Position numbers and translations under genes: made by a program. The notes beneath the pieces are model-generated. The model was not told where the DNA came from and ran no database searches. It saw nothing but the letters and a program-made list of their open reading frames with translations. This document shows, piece after piece, positions 1 to 8,586 of a DNA stretch of 63,506 bases. Position 1 is the first letter of the stretch, and each line of letters starts with the position of its first letter. This DNA comes from a bacterium ADurb.Bin212 (GTDB taxonomy: Bacteria > Patescibacteriota > UBA1384 > XYA2-FULL-43-10): NCBI GenBank assembly GCA_002070055.1, contig MWCM01000006.1:1-63506 (forward strand), read 5' to 3'.

Positions 1-287
1 ACCCCAAAAGCCATCTCCTGATAATCGGCGACAGCACTGTCTATCTCCGCATTCTTAATGAGCTTGAAGATGCTTTTGAGTTTTGATCTGTTTTCGACCC
101 TGTTTGCCCTTTTTTCCGTATTGCTCCTGGCGGCCTCGTCAACTGTTTCTTGGTCGGCGTCTCTGGTTTCTCCCTGTTCGGCTCCATCTTCGGCTGCCTC
201 TGGCCCATTCTCCGATGCTTCGGGGGTTGTGGGTTGTGCTTCTTGTTCCTCTGCGGGCGGTGGGCTTTGTGGTGCTCTTTCTGTCAT
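1..287 (-). CDS. Partial CDS (runs off left edge): acidic Pro/Glu/Ala-rich hypothetical protein, third gene of the minus-strand operon
   Basis: Absent from the ORF track because there is no in-window stop. Minus-strand ATG at 285-287 is preceded by AAGGA plus a 5-nt spacer, 18 nt after the stop of 305..3148. The frame stays open to position 1: MTERAPQSPPPAEEQEAQPTTPEASENGPEAAEDGAEQGETRDADQETVDEAARSNTEKRANRVENRSKLKSIFKLIKNAEIDSAVADYQEMAFG... Confidence 0.5.
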   Translation of the reverse strand, partial: MTERAPQSPPPAEEQEAQPTTPEASENGPEAAEDGAEQGETRDADQETVDEAARSNTEKRANRVENRSKLKSIFKLIKNAEIDSAVADYQEMAFG

Positions 288-304
288 GATTATCCTTTTT
301 TGAA

Positions 305-3148
305 TTAATCGGTTGCTGGTGGCCTAATATCCATATTTTTTGCCCCTTTTGCCCCTTTACTCAGCATCTGGTTGGTAGTTTCTAGTGATTTATTCATGGA
401 TTTGCCAAAAGCTTGAGCTAAGCCTTGTGTAACCTGAGGATCGGTCATGGCTTTTACCATTGCTTCCTTTTGTATGCTTCCGCTTAACCTGTCGTTCTCG
501 TTCATAGTGGGGAAAGCTGCTCTAATTGACTTATCTAGCACGTCTGCTAAGCCACTCTGGGCTTCTTTTAGGGCTTTAATTTGATCTTCGCCACCAAGCT
601 GTCCCAAGGCTCCGTGTAGCTCTTGGTTGCTGGCGATCATAGCATCAAAGCCTTTGTTAAGAGTTTCCATTAACTGTTGGTTGGTGGCATTATCCGGCAA
701 ACTGGCTAGGCGCTCGGCACTTTGTTGAATAATTACCTCTCTGTGTGCTTCTTGTGGAGCCTCTTTCATACTCTCCGCTACAACCTGTTTCTGCCATTCG
801 CCTGCGCCTTTTTGCTTAAAATCACTAATTTGCTCTGCCAAAACCACACCATTTTTTTTGCTTAAATCGTCCAACTGCTTTTCTGCCGTGCTTAAAATAC
901 GCGTTACATGCTCTTCGAGTTTGTCTGTTTCTCCTCTCCTTTGTAATCCCTCAAGTAGCACTGCCGAATCTGGATTGACTAATTGCGCGGCAGCAACAGC
1001 ATTGCCTAGCCCCTCTGCGTTATTTTGCCCTAGTCCTGCTTGTCCGTCTCTAGCAATTTGCAGTAGATCGTTAACCCTGTCTTTGGCCCTAGGTGTTTCG
1101 GCAAGTTGGCTCATTATACCGCTAGAGACCAATGCTTCGCTATGAGCAAGATTATTCTTTTCGTTGACACGACCCCTGATTTCATCGGCGATCTGCATAT
1201 TGGACTGGGTGGCGGCTTTGGCAAAATTTTCTAGCGCCGATGGAGGGATATTTAAACCGGCGCTTTGCGTGTGAGCTTGGATATCTTGTGCAGTAACATT
1301 AAGGACTCCGACTCCACCACCATTAAGCCCCTCAGCGATTTTTTTGTGCTGTTCGGCCGACATCTCCTCATTTACCTGCTTGGCGGCTTCTCTGGTTTGC
1401 GGTGATGGTTGTGGCGGTTGGGGCGCTTGTTGGCCTCCTCCTCCGTCAGCTGGTGGGGGGGGTGGTGGAGTTGCGGCTTGAGCTAACTCATCAGGATCGA
1501 TCGGCCCATCAGTTCCAACCCCGGAGACAGCATGAAATACTCCGCCGTCAGATCCTGATATGTCCTCAAACACATTTCTTGCTTCATCTCTTTTGTTTGA
1601 TCTCATGACTTTCATGTATTCTGTTGCGACTGCTTTTATGTCTCCCAGGTCAAAACCGCTGATACCCGAACCCTTCATATCTACTGCCAACTTGTCTTTG
1701 CCTCTTGTTGCGACTTCCTGCAACCAGAGATGTTGTGCGTAAGCTTCGGGGTCAGAATAACCTAATTGGGCATATTCTTCTGCGTTTTCAGGATCAATAG
1801 CGGCATCCATGAATCTTTGGTAATACTTACTTCTATTCTTTTTGAGGTCAGCCCAGTGTTTTTTTACTTTTCCTCTGGCCGCTTTTCCTGTAGCGGTATT
1901 TGACATTGCTCTATAATCATCAATATTTGCCTCAAAACCTGCGTCTATTGCAGCCGGGTCTCCTAACCAACCAGCATATGATTGAGTTTTGACTGCAGCC
2001 TTATCATAGGATGCTCTTGTGGCAGCCCTATTAGCCACGAATGCATCGTATCTGGCCCACGGGTTCGCTTTAGTCCATCTTTCTGCTCTTTTCAAATATT
2101 TTTTCTTAGCAGCTTCATCATCGTCTGCCTGCGCGCGTGCCGCTGCCATCTGATTTTTATGCGTCATCATTTTCTGAAAACCACCAGTCGCCAGCCATTT
2201 TCCATTTTCAACTGCTCTTCCTCCTGTCTGTCCCCACGCCTTCTTACCCAAGTCACCGTATTTGCCCATTATGGCGCCGCCGACTTTAAACGGTGTAGTA
2301 ATTGCCAAGTAGTAGCAGACTCCGGCAAAAGCTAAGGCTAAAACGGCGGAGTTCAAATCTCCGGTTCTGGCGCTTTCCACACTGCCTCCACTACTGGTAA
2401 AGCCGGAGGAATACCACATGCCACCTAGCCAAAGCCAAAATATCGAGATAACCGGTAAATATATCCACTTAAGCATTTGGTTCCACCACTGATCAAAAAG
2501 TTTTTTGGTTTGTGGTAAAACTAAAGACATAAAGGCTAGAGGCCCAAGAACAATTAAAAAATATATTACATAATTGCGGATAAAAAACAAAAAGGCCAGA
2601 ATTAGTATCATTACTCCACCGGCAAATTCCGCCAGAATAAATATAAAGCTACGGTTGAGATTATTGGGATCAATCGGGAATTTTGACTGATCGGTAAAAT
2701 CAAAGGCGCCGGCAACGCCTACACTACTGCTATTTACCGTTGCTCCTGCCCCGGTTGTGCCCTGAACCCCGTTCATTAAGAGGTCAATAACTATATTGGC
2801 AAAATCTATTAAGATCCGGCAGATAAAGTAGCTAAAGTTGGCTAGTATTATGGCCAAAATTAATGTTGGCAAAATCTTCTTAATGGCAAAATTGTTTATT
2901 TGCAAGCGCAAAATATTCATAAAAGCCACATAAACCAGCGCAGCAATTACCACCACATTTACCAGATTCCTGGTGTGGCCCCAAAGATCTTTTATATTCT
3001 GGACGTCTCTCAGCACTTTGTGAAGAGGCTCAATTTTGATAATTGCCGCCGAAGCTTGGTCGGCAGAAAAAATGAATATTGAAAAAAGAACAACAACAAA
3101 TATTGTTTTAACAGTGGATGGGATGTTTATCGTAAATTGTTTTTTCAT
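305..3148 (-). CDS. 947-aa polytopic membrane protein. N-terminal signal peptide plus about 6 TM helices (possibly TrbL/VirB6-like). Long Ala/Gln/Lys-rich C-terminal region with a poly-Pro tract
   Basis: Long ORF. Signal-like N-terminus (FVVVLFSIFIFSADQASA) and hydrophobic segments (ILPTLILAIILANFSYFICRIL, GGVMILILAFLFFIRNYVIYFLIVLGPLAF, WIYLPVISIFWLWLGG). PPPPPPADGGGGQQAPQPPQPSPQ linker and helical repeat-like tail. The VirB6/TrbL assignment rests on topology and recollection only. Confidence 0.6.
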   Translation of the reverse strand: MKKQFTINIPSTVKTIFVVVLFSIFIFSADQASAAIIKIEPLHKVLRDVQNIKDLWGHTRNLVNVVVIAALVYVAFMNILRLQINNFAIKKILPTLILAIILANFSYFICRILIDFANIVIDLLMNGVQGTTGAGATVNSSSVGVAGAFDFTDQSKFPIDPNNLNRSFIFILAEFAGGVMILILAFLFFIRNYVIYFLIVLGPLAFMSLVLPQTKKLFDQWWNQMLKWIYLPVISIFWLWLGGMWYSSGFTSSGGSVESARTGDLNSAVLALAFAGVCYYLAITTPFKVGGAIMGKYGDLGKKAWGQTGGRAVENGKWLATGGFQKMMTHKNQMAAARAQADDDEAAKKKYLKRAERWTKANPWARYDAFVANRAATRASYDKAAVKTQSYAGWLGDPAAIDAGFEANIDDYRAMSNTATGKAARGKVKKHWADLKKNRSKYYQRFMDAAIDPENAEEYAQLGYSDPEAYAQHLWLQEVATRGKDKLAVDMKGSGISGFDLGDIKAVATEYMKVMRSNKRDEARNVFEDISGSDGGVFHAVSGVGTDGPIDPDELAQAATPPPPPPADGGGGQQAPQPPQPSPQTREAAKQVNEEMSAEQHKKIAEGLNGGGVGVLNVTAQDIQAHTQSAGLNIPPSALENFAKAATQSNMQIADEIRGRVNEKNNLAHSEALVSSGIMSQLAETPRAKDRVNDLLQIARDGQAGLGQNNAEGLGNAVAAAQLVNPDSAVLLEGLQRRGETDKLEEHVTRILSTAEKQLDDLSKKNGVVLAEQISDFKQKGAGEWQKQVVAESMKEAPQEAHREVIIQQSAERLASLPDNATNQQLMETLNKGFDAMIASNQELHGALGQLGGEDQIKALKEAQSGLADVLDKSIRAAFPTMNENDRLSGSIQKEAMVKAMTDPQVTQGLAQAFGKSMNKSLETTNQMLSKGAKGAKNMDIRPPATD

Positions 3149-3175
3149 TGTCGCAAATTAAATGTCTTTTAAACT

Positions 3176-5509
3176 CTATTGGCTTGGATATGTTTCTGAA
3201 TAACTGTTGTTATTAACCATTTTTCCGTCAAGCGTAATCGAGACTAAAGTATCCTTGCCGTTTCCTATTTTGATATAAGCTTTGTTAATGGGTCCCAAAA
3301 GACCGGCTTTGCCAATTACTTTAAATTTAAATTTATCAACACCCCACTCATAAACAGTAATCGCGCCTTTGTTCGGCACATCGCTGGAAGCACCATACTG
3401 GACCGTTATCTTGCTCTTATTGTTTTTGTATGTGTCTCTAAAAGTGGTTAATCTTCTGTAATAGTCCTCCGTGTTTATTCCACTGGCTGGTTTGGCCCAT
3501 CCAGTAACTCTAAAACCATACTCTGTTTCTGTTTTCGAATCTGAAGATGCTCCATTTTTTGGTTCGGCAGTAGAATCACTCCCTGAACCTGGCAACTCAG
3601 GGATTGCTCCACTCATTTTTTTGATCTCAGCGGGACTGAATTTTATATCAGTGCCTGTCTTTAACATTGATATTTTATAATTTTGCCCGTCGGCACTAAA
3701 CATTAACACGGAGTTTGTGTAGGATAATGCGTTTTGAGCTTTAACTTCTACTGCAGTCTGTGCCTGTCCTGGGCTAGCAATTTTGACTTGTGCAGCCATT
3801 CCTTCACCTGATTTCACATTACCCGAAGAGTCAGTTGCAAAGATTCTAGCACTGATTATCCCAGAATTCTTTTCGGCCTCTGTTTTGATTTTTGTTACAT
3901 TAGCTGCGCCATCAATTTTTACTGAGTTATCATTACTAAGATCTATTAGGGTTGCTGGTGCAGATGATCCTCCACTACCTCCACCTCCGCTACCACCACC
4001 GCCGGCCGTGCCACCGGTCCCGCCGGACAAAACGTCTCCTGTCCCTGGTTCCAAGTCGGGCGTTTCCATGTCTTTTGTGGAGTCGCTAACGCCCATTGAT
4101 GCCTTCATCCAGCCGATTGCCCATAATACAAAAGCATCTGCCCAATCCTTCATAACCTCCAAAACTGCGCAGATACCTTTTTTAACTAACAACATAAAAG
4201 AGTTTCCCTCTTGAATTTTGTCACATGCACTTATGGCTCCTGTGGCAGTACCAGAACCAATATCTGTGCTGGACATAGCAAGAGATTCAGCAATTTGTAC
4301 TAATGATTCGTTAGTTAGTGCGTAAGGATCACCTTTGCCGGCTAGACACTGATTGTAGTTATTGTTTGCGCTGATATAACCAGAAGCAGACCAAATCTCA
4401 ACCACTTGAGGTATCATTCTTTTTAAAGAACCCCTATCAAGGTGTCCTCCGATAAGGCTTAATACTTTTTCATAAGAAAGAGCAGCGGCAACGCCAGCCC
4501 CAGCCGCTATCCAGGGGTTTCCTGTACCTGCACCAACAATAGTGGCTGCCCCAGTAACAATTTTGCGTAGTAGCGGTTGTTTTTCTTCAATGGCAAATGG
4601 TTTTATAAATTCATTGGTTGTATATATGTTTATTAACTCTTGAGTCAAGTTGTCTGTTAAGGCCACAGTAGGATATCCCTTGCCGGCTTCACCATAAAAT
4701 TTTCGGAACATGTCTGAATCTTTGCTTTTTATTGCAGTTATAACCTCACTTTGGTCTGTAGCGTTATTGAAAAATTCGTCAATGACCGATGTGTCGTCTT
4801 TATTGGCAGGATCTTCTAGAAGCTTCTTTTTTATTTCCTGCATGAATTCTTCTGCGGCGGTTGCATCAGAGAATACTGGTTTGTCTCGACCCTTTGATTT
4901 ACATGCCTCGATATTCTGTGACAAAGGAGGAGTTGAATTTCTTAGCGTGGAGAACAATCTAATGCCATTAGCGGTATTGCTTAGCACAATATTCATGGTG
5001 GATGCTTGTGTTGGGTCGTAAGTCGCGAAATCAAAGCCCGAAGATATTTTATTGCCTTCAAATTTATCTGAAGCTGTGCCTCCGTTCAACCAACCATTTC
5101 TTACAATATTAAAAGTTACAGTGATCTTCGGCAGTCTTGGTACACCACCTGAAGGGAAGTAACTATCTAAAACTGCAAAATCAGTGACGACTGGGGCGCT
5201 TGTATCGGCTGTCGTTATAACAAAGTATTTTTTTTGTGCAGCTCCTGAAGATATCCAAACCTTCTTGGGCAATTCCGAAGAATCGGTTGTTCCAATGGGA
5301 CCATATTGGTTAAATTTTATAAGAACACTGGTGCCAAGATTATTATAGAACCAGAGTTCAACATTCTTAGTTTTTGGGTTGTAATATTCAACCCATCTCT
5401 GTCCAGGACCTGGTGGGACCTGTGCCATTGTAGATTGAGCGGTAGCAAAAAAAACATTAGTCAAAACTAATATATAAAAAACTATTTTTCTCACTTCCCC
5501 TCCATACAA
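3176..5509 (-). CDS. 777-aa secreted hypothetical protein with an internal Gly/Ser-rich linker
   Basis: Signal peptide (IVFYILVLTNVFFATAQSTMAQ). Linker GGTGGTAGGGGSGGGGSGGSS separates two large domains. First gene of an operon with 305..3148. No family recognised. Confidence 0.65.
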   Translation of the reverse strand: MYGGEVRKIVFYILVLTNVFFATAQSTMAQVPPGPGQRWVEYYNPKTKNVELWFYNNLGTSVLIKFNQYGPIGTTDSSELPKKVWISSGAAQKKYFVITTADTSAPVVTDFAVLDSYFPSGGVPRLPKITVTFNIVRNGWLNGGTASDKFEGNKISSGFDFATYDPTQASTMNIVLSNTANGIRLFSTLRNSTPPLSQNIEACKSKGRDKPVFSDATAAEEFMQEIKKKLLEDPANKDDTSVIDEFFNNATDQSEVITAIKSKDSDMFRKFYGEAGKGYPTVALTDNLTQELINIYTTNEFIKPFAIEEKQPLLRKIVTGAATIVGAGTGNPWIAAGAGVAAALSYEKVLSLIGGHLDRGSLKRMIPQVVEIWSASGYISANNNYNQCLAGKGDPYALTNESLVQIAESLAMSSTDIGSGTATGAISACDKIQEGNSFMLLVKKGICAVLEVMKDWADAFVLWAIGWMKASMGVSDSTKDMETPDLEPGTGDVLSGGTGGTAGGGGSGGGGSGGSSAPATLIDLSNDNSVKIDGAANVTKIKTEAEKNSGIISARIFATDSSGNVKSGEGMAAQVKIASPGQAQTAVEVKAQNALSYTNSVLMFSADGQNYKISMLKTGTDIKFSPAEIKKMSGAIPELPGSGSDSTAEPKNGASSDSKTETEYGFRVTGWAKPASGINTEDYYRRLTTFRDTYKNNKSKITVQYGASSDVPNKGAITVYEWGVDKFKFKVIGKAGLLGPINKAYIKIGNGKDTLVSITLDGKMVNNNSYSETYPSQ

Positions 5510-5550
5510 CTAATAGTCTGCTAGGTGGCAGACGCAATATTACAGTTTAA

Positions 5551-5577
5551 ATTATACTGTAAAAAATATAATAACAA
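5551..5577 (-). promoter_or_regulatory. Candidate sigma70-type promoter for the 5509<-1 operon
   Basis: Minus strand reads TTGTTA (5577-5572), a 15-nt spacer, then TATAAT (5556-5551). A 6-bp hairpin (GTCTGC/GCAGAC, about 5517-5534) follows in the leader. Confidence 0.3.
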
Positions 5578-5581
5578 AACA

Positions 5582-6232
5582 TTAAGACAAAAGTTGTTCA
5601 ACTTCTTTTAAATATTGTTTGGCAAGTTCGTAACTTTCATCTAATTCTTTGGCTTTGGCAAAAGCCTCTTTGGCGCTTAACAGTTTTGTTTTCCGATTGC
5701 TTTCCGACATCTGCACAATTCTGGCAGTTTGTAACCGTGCCAAACCTAAGTATGCCCAAGTTTCTTTGCTGTCTTTTTCCATTTCGAGTATTAGTTCTGT
5801 TTGTATCTCGGCTAATTGTGGTTCATTATCCTCTATCATTTTTTTGACTGTTTCTAGTCCTTCACTCACAGAAGAAGGGACTTTGTTGGCGGCAGCAAGC
5901 TGTTCAAGGTCTTTAATTGAATTTTTTTCTCTCAAAAAAGATTCAAGTTCTAAGAAATTGAGCTGAGCCTTGTTAGCCAGTTGGATTTTATTTTCAGCTT
6001 GGCAGCTTTTACATAGATAATCCGCTTTATGATACTCTACAATGGCCTCTAAATACTTTTTTTCTAGCAACAAGCTGTCGCCCTGAGCGGAAAAATTCTC
6101 CGCCATGTCTCTACGCAAGGGCAAAAGAGCAAAATACAAAACGGACACAAGCGCAGCTAAAGCGACAAGCCAAATAATAAATTTTTGATTTTTAATCTTT
6201 GACCCTGGCGAGGCCGTTTTGGTGCGGTTCAT
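5582..6232 (-). CDS. Membrane-anchored TPR-like/helical-repeat protein
   Basis: The track ORF is 5582..6307. The internal Met (MNRTKTASPGSKIKNQKFIIWLVALAALVSVLYFALLP) is preferred because the longer version overlaps the PAP2 gene by 116 nt. One N-terminal TM followed by TPR-like helices (YLEAIVEYHKADYL, AYLGLARLQ, AKEAFAKAKELD). The start remains uncertain. Confidence 0.55.
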   Translation of the reverse strand: MNRTKTASPGSKIKNQKFIIWLVALAALVSVLYFALLPLRRDMAENFSAQGDSLLLEKKYLEAIVEYHKADYLCKSCQAENKIQLANKAQLNFLELESFLREKNSIKDLEQLAAANKVPSSVSEGLETVKKMIEDNEPQLAEIQTELILEMEKDSKETWAYLGLARLQTARIVQMSESNRKTKLLSAKEAFAKAKELDESYELAKQYLKEVEQLLS

Positions 6233-6782
6233 ACCAAAATTTCTCCCATTTATGGACCATAATGTAGGATAAAATGCCGGAAGCTGTGCCCAGTAGCGCT
6301 CCGGCAATTACGTCGCTTGGGTAATGCAATCCGGCTCCTATGCGCGAAAGAGCTACCGCAATAGCAATAATAAGCAATGTTAAGCCCAATTTTTTATGTC
6401 CATATAGCAGAATTGATACGGCTATAGCAAATACTATGTAGGTGTGGCTAGAAGGGAAAGAGGCCATATCAACGGTAAATCTCTCTGGATTAGTGTTTAT
6501 GATGTCATCGGCATGCGCGATATATGGCCTGGGACGTTTCCAGAAGATGTAGATAGCCAAATCAATCATCCCAGCTATACCGATGGCAAAGAAAGAACAG
6601 ATTAAAGCGTTGATTCTTTTTGTCCATATGAGATATATAAAACTCAGAAACATAAGTACAATGCCGTATTTGGCAAAAAAAACATAAAATAATTGAACTT
6701 TATAATTCTTTATGCCCCAAAAATACATCGAATAAAGCCAACCGAAATCAATCGCTCTAATTTGATTTAATAAATTTTCCAT
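6192..6782 (-). CDS. PAP2-family (type 2) phosphatase, undecaprenyl-diphosphate/phosphatidic-acid phosphatase-like
   Basis: All three PAP2 motifs are present: KRPRP, PSSH and SRIGAGLHYPSD. Multiple TM helices. Confidence 0.85.
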   Translation of the reverse strand: MENLLNQIRAIDFGWLYSMYFWGIKNYKVQLFYVFFAKYGIVLMFLSFIYLIWTKRINALICSFFAIGIAGMIDLAIYIFWKRPRPYIAHADDIINTNPERFTVDMASFPSSHTYIVFAIAVSILLYGHKKLGLTLLIIAIAVALSRIGAGLHYPSDVIAGALLGTASGILSYIMVHKWEKFWYEPHQNGLARVKD

Positions 6783-6806
6783 AGCACCAATATAATAACA
6801 AGATAA

Positions 6807-6836
6807 TTGAGCAGTGTATATATTTTGTCGTATAAT
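6807..6836 (+). promoter_or_regulatory. Candidate promoter for the recombinase gene
   Basis: TTGAGC (6807-6812), an 18-nt spacer, then TATAAT (6831-6836). It lies about 57 nt upstream of the ATG at 6894. Confidence 0.4.
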
Positions 6837-6893
6837 ATTTGTGGGTAGCCAAAAATATTAAACCAAGAACCCAATAATAACATCGGGAGCAAA

Positions 6894-8201
6894 ATGAAAG
6901 ACCTGTGGCAGTTGAAAAGAGAATTTTTAGAGCATTGCGAGATAGAGAAGGGGCAATCAAAATTAACTGTTGATAATTATGGTAGATATTTGGATCGATT
7001 TTTGTCTTGGCTGGGGGAATTTAATGTAAACACAACCACAGATATACTCCACAGATCGACACAGATGGGGAAACAGAGCAATAGAGAAACAGAGGAAGGC
7101 ACAAATCAAGAAATTGGAATATTAGATAATCAAGCCATGAAAGAGCAAGAAAATAGAGGTGAAGCTACTAAAGGGCTGGGAGTTGATGAGATAATGACTA
7201 AAAAGCTAGCTCCTGAATTAATAACCGATGAAACTGTTAGACAATATCGACTATATATCAATCGTCTGAGCGCTCCCGATGGCGGTGAGCTTAAACTAAC
7301 TACTCAAAATCACCATGTTTTGGCTCTACGCGCTTTTTTGCGTTATCTTTTGTCGCGCGGAGTCACAGTTCTGCCTCCAGAGAAGATCTCTTTAGCCAGA
7401 ACCGGCGAAAGAGAGATCAATTTTTTGAACAAGGAGGAGTATATTAGATTGCTTAAATCTCCAGACACTAAAGATGCCGAGGGTATCAGAGACCGGGCGG
7501 TATTGGAAACTTTATTTTCAACCGGCATGAGGGTATCTGAGATAGTAAACTGCAATATCGGTAGACTGAACCTGGAGCAGGGAGAAATATCTATTTTAGG
7601 TAAAGGTAAAAAGCTCAGAGTGGTGTTTTTATCGGAGAGCGCATGTTATTGGCTGGTTAAATATCTGATAATGAGAGGAGCGGTAATAGATCAAAAATCA
7701 AAAATCAAAAATCAAAAAGAAGATAACAAGGAGATTATCTCCACTGATTTAATCTACGGATCGGCACAGATCGGAGAAGTGTCTAACAGCAATATTGCTA
7801 ACGATTTATCAATACAACAATTTAGCAATTTATCTGTTTTAGATTCCTATAAAAATGATCCGCTATTTTTATCGTCTCGTGGCAATAGAATGAATGCCCG
7901 AGCCGTAGAAAGATTGATTAAAAAATACAAAAGGCTGGCGGGGATATCTAAGGACATCTCTCCTCACTCCTTGCGTCACACTTTTGCTACTGATTTATTA
8001 AGCGGTGGTGCAGATATTCGCAGTGTTCAATCTATGCTTGGCCACTCAAATCTCTCCACCACGCAAATTTACACTCATGTTACAGATCAGCATCTTCGTG
8101 AGGTGCACCGTCGTTTTCACGCGGCCAGCAACGAAGACTCCGCCACTGACGCAAGAAGTGCGGATTCCAGTTTTGATGATCAAAATAAAAAGGATCATTA
8201 A
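6894..8201 (+). CDS. Tyrosine recombinase, XerC/XerD family, with three low-complexity insertions and a C-terminal tail
   Basis: Catalytic signature is intact: RDRAVLETLFSTGMRVSE (Arg), HSLRHTFAT (HxxR) and LGHSNLSTTQIYTHV (His/Tyr). Core-binding N-terminus (FLEHCEIEKGQSKLTVDNYGRYLDRF). Extra segments lie at about aa 45-105 and 263-320. Confidence 0.85.
   Translation: MKDLWQLKREFLEHCEIEKGQSKLTVDNYGRYLDRFLSWLGEFNVNTTTDILHRSTQMGKQSNRETEEGTNQEIGILDNQAMKEQENRGEATKGLGVDEIMTKKLAPELITDETVRQYRLYINRLSAPDGGELKLTTQNHHVLALRAFLRYLLSRGVTVLPPEKISLARTGEREINFLNKEEYIRLLKSPDTKDAEGIRDRAVLETLFSTGMRVSEIVNCNIGRLNLEQGEISILGKGKKLRVVFLSESACYWLVKYLIMRGAVIDQKSKIKNQKEDNKEIISTDLIYGSAQIGEVSNSNIANDLSIQQFSNLSVLDSYKNDPLFLSSRGNRMNARAVERLIKKYKRLAGISKDISPHSLRHTFATDLLSGGADIRSVQSMLGHSNLSTTQIYTHVTDQHLREVHRRFHAASNEDSATDARSADSSFDDQNKKDH
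7690..7717 (+). repeat. Heptanucleotide tandem repeat (ATCAAAA)x4 in-frame inside the recombinase gene
   Basis: Read directly: atcaaaa atcaaaa atcaaaa atcaaaa. It encodes KSKIKNQK. Confidence 0.95.
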
Positions 8202-8208
8202 AGATCCT
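8182..8208 (-). terminator. Rho-independent terminator for the minus-strand small gene, overlapping the 3' end of the recombinase CDS
   Basis: Stem AGGATC/GATCCT (8191-8196 / 8203-8208) with a 6-nt loop. On the minus strand it is followed by TTTTATTTT (complement of 8182-8190). Confidence 0.55.
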
Positions 8209-8245
8209 AAATAAAGTGAGTTCAGCGAATGGGTGTTTTTACTGC

Positions 8246-8413
8246 TTAAGAGTTGTTGCGCAAGTCATCCCACATATCAAAGACCTCTACTTCGCAGAGA
8301 TCCGGTTGGGCGGCGCAGGCTGAAATTTCACTTTTTATCTGTTCTATACGTTGAAGTTCCGAGTTAATCGGGATTTCATCTAACTTATCTACTTTTTTGA
8401 TTTTTAATTGCAT
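8246..8413 (-). CDS. 55-aa acidic small protein with its own promoter and terminator
   Basis: Below the track cut-off. My translation: MQLKIKKVDKLDEIPINSELQRIEQIKSEISACAAQPDLCEVEVFDMWDDLRNNS*. Near-consensus promoter upstream and a hairpin plus U-tract downstream. No obvious SD. Confidence 0.55.
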   Translation of the reverse strand: MQLKIKKVDKLDEIPINSELQRIEQIKSEISACAAQPDLCEVEVFDMWDDLRNNS

Positions 8414-8428
8414 TTTGTTTTTGTGTTT

Positions 8429-8454
8429 CTAACCGCCTAATTTTTGGCGATTAG
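8429..8454 (-). promoter_or_regulatory. Inverted repeat overlapping the predicted +1 of the small-gene promoter (operator or 5' hairpin)
   Basis: CTAACCGCC (8429-8437), an 8-nt loop, then GGCGATTAG (8446-8454). In minus-strand RNA it is fully paired, with one G-U pair. Confidence 0.3.
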
Positions 8455-8457
8455 GTC

Positions 8458-8486
8458 ATTGTATCAAAAAAACGCCTCTATGTCAA
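8458..8486 (-). promoter_or_regulatory. Near-consensus sigma70 promoter (minus strand)
   Basis: Minus strand reads TTGACA (8486-8481), a 17-nt spacer, then TACAAT (8463-8458). Confidence 0.55.
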
Positions 8487-8524
8487 GGCATTTTGTGGTA
8501 TTGGTGGTTGATTTATAGCTGGGG

Positions 8525-8570
8525 AGCCCGCTGCCGGCTCGCGTGGCGTGAGCTCTTTTGGCAGCGGGCT
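8525..8570 (-). terminator. GC-rich 11-bp hairpin downstream of the candidate small ORF (no U-tract)
   Basis: AGCCCGCTGCC (8525-8535) pairs perfectly with GGCAGCGGGCT (8560-8570) across a 24-nt loop. Its role as a terminator or RNA structure is uncertain. Confidence 0.35.
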
Positions 8571-8586
8571 GGATCTCGGCTCGAAG

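Noticed and set aside
58-303. Plus-strand ORFs 58..303 and 83..289 from the track
   Set aside because: They are antisense shadows of a better-supported minus-strand partial CDS (SD plus ATG at 287, operon context). Their translations are low-complexity Leu/Ser/Cys-rich sequences.
858-5021. Multiple 60-143-aa plus-strand ORFs inside 305..3148 and 3176..5509 (e.g. 858..1145, 1982..2335, 3783..4214, 4710..5021)
   Set aside because: All are fully nested antisense within long, coherent minus-strand genes. They have no SD and look like typical shadow ORFs.
6757-6960. 67-aa minus-strand ORF spanning the PAP2/recombinase divergent promoter region
   Set aside because: It overlaps both neighbouring gene starts and the candidate promoter. 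Its composition and sequence look non-coding.
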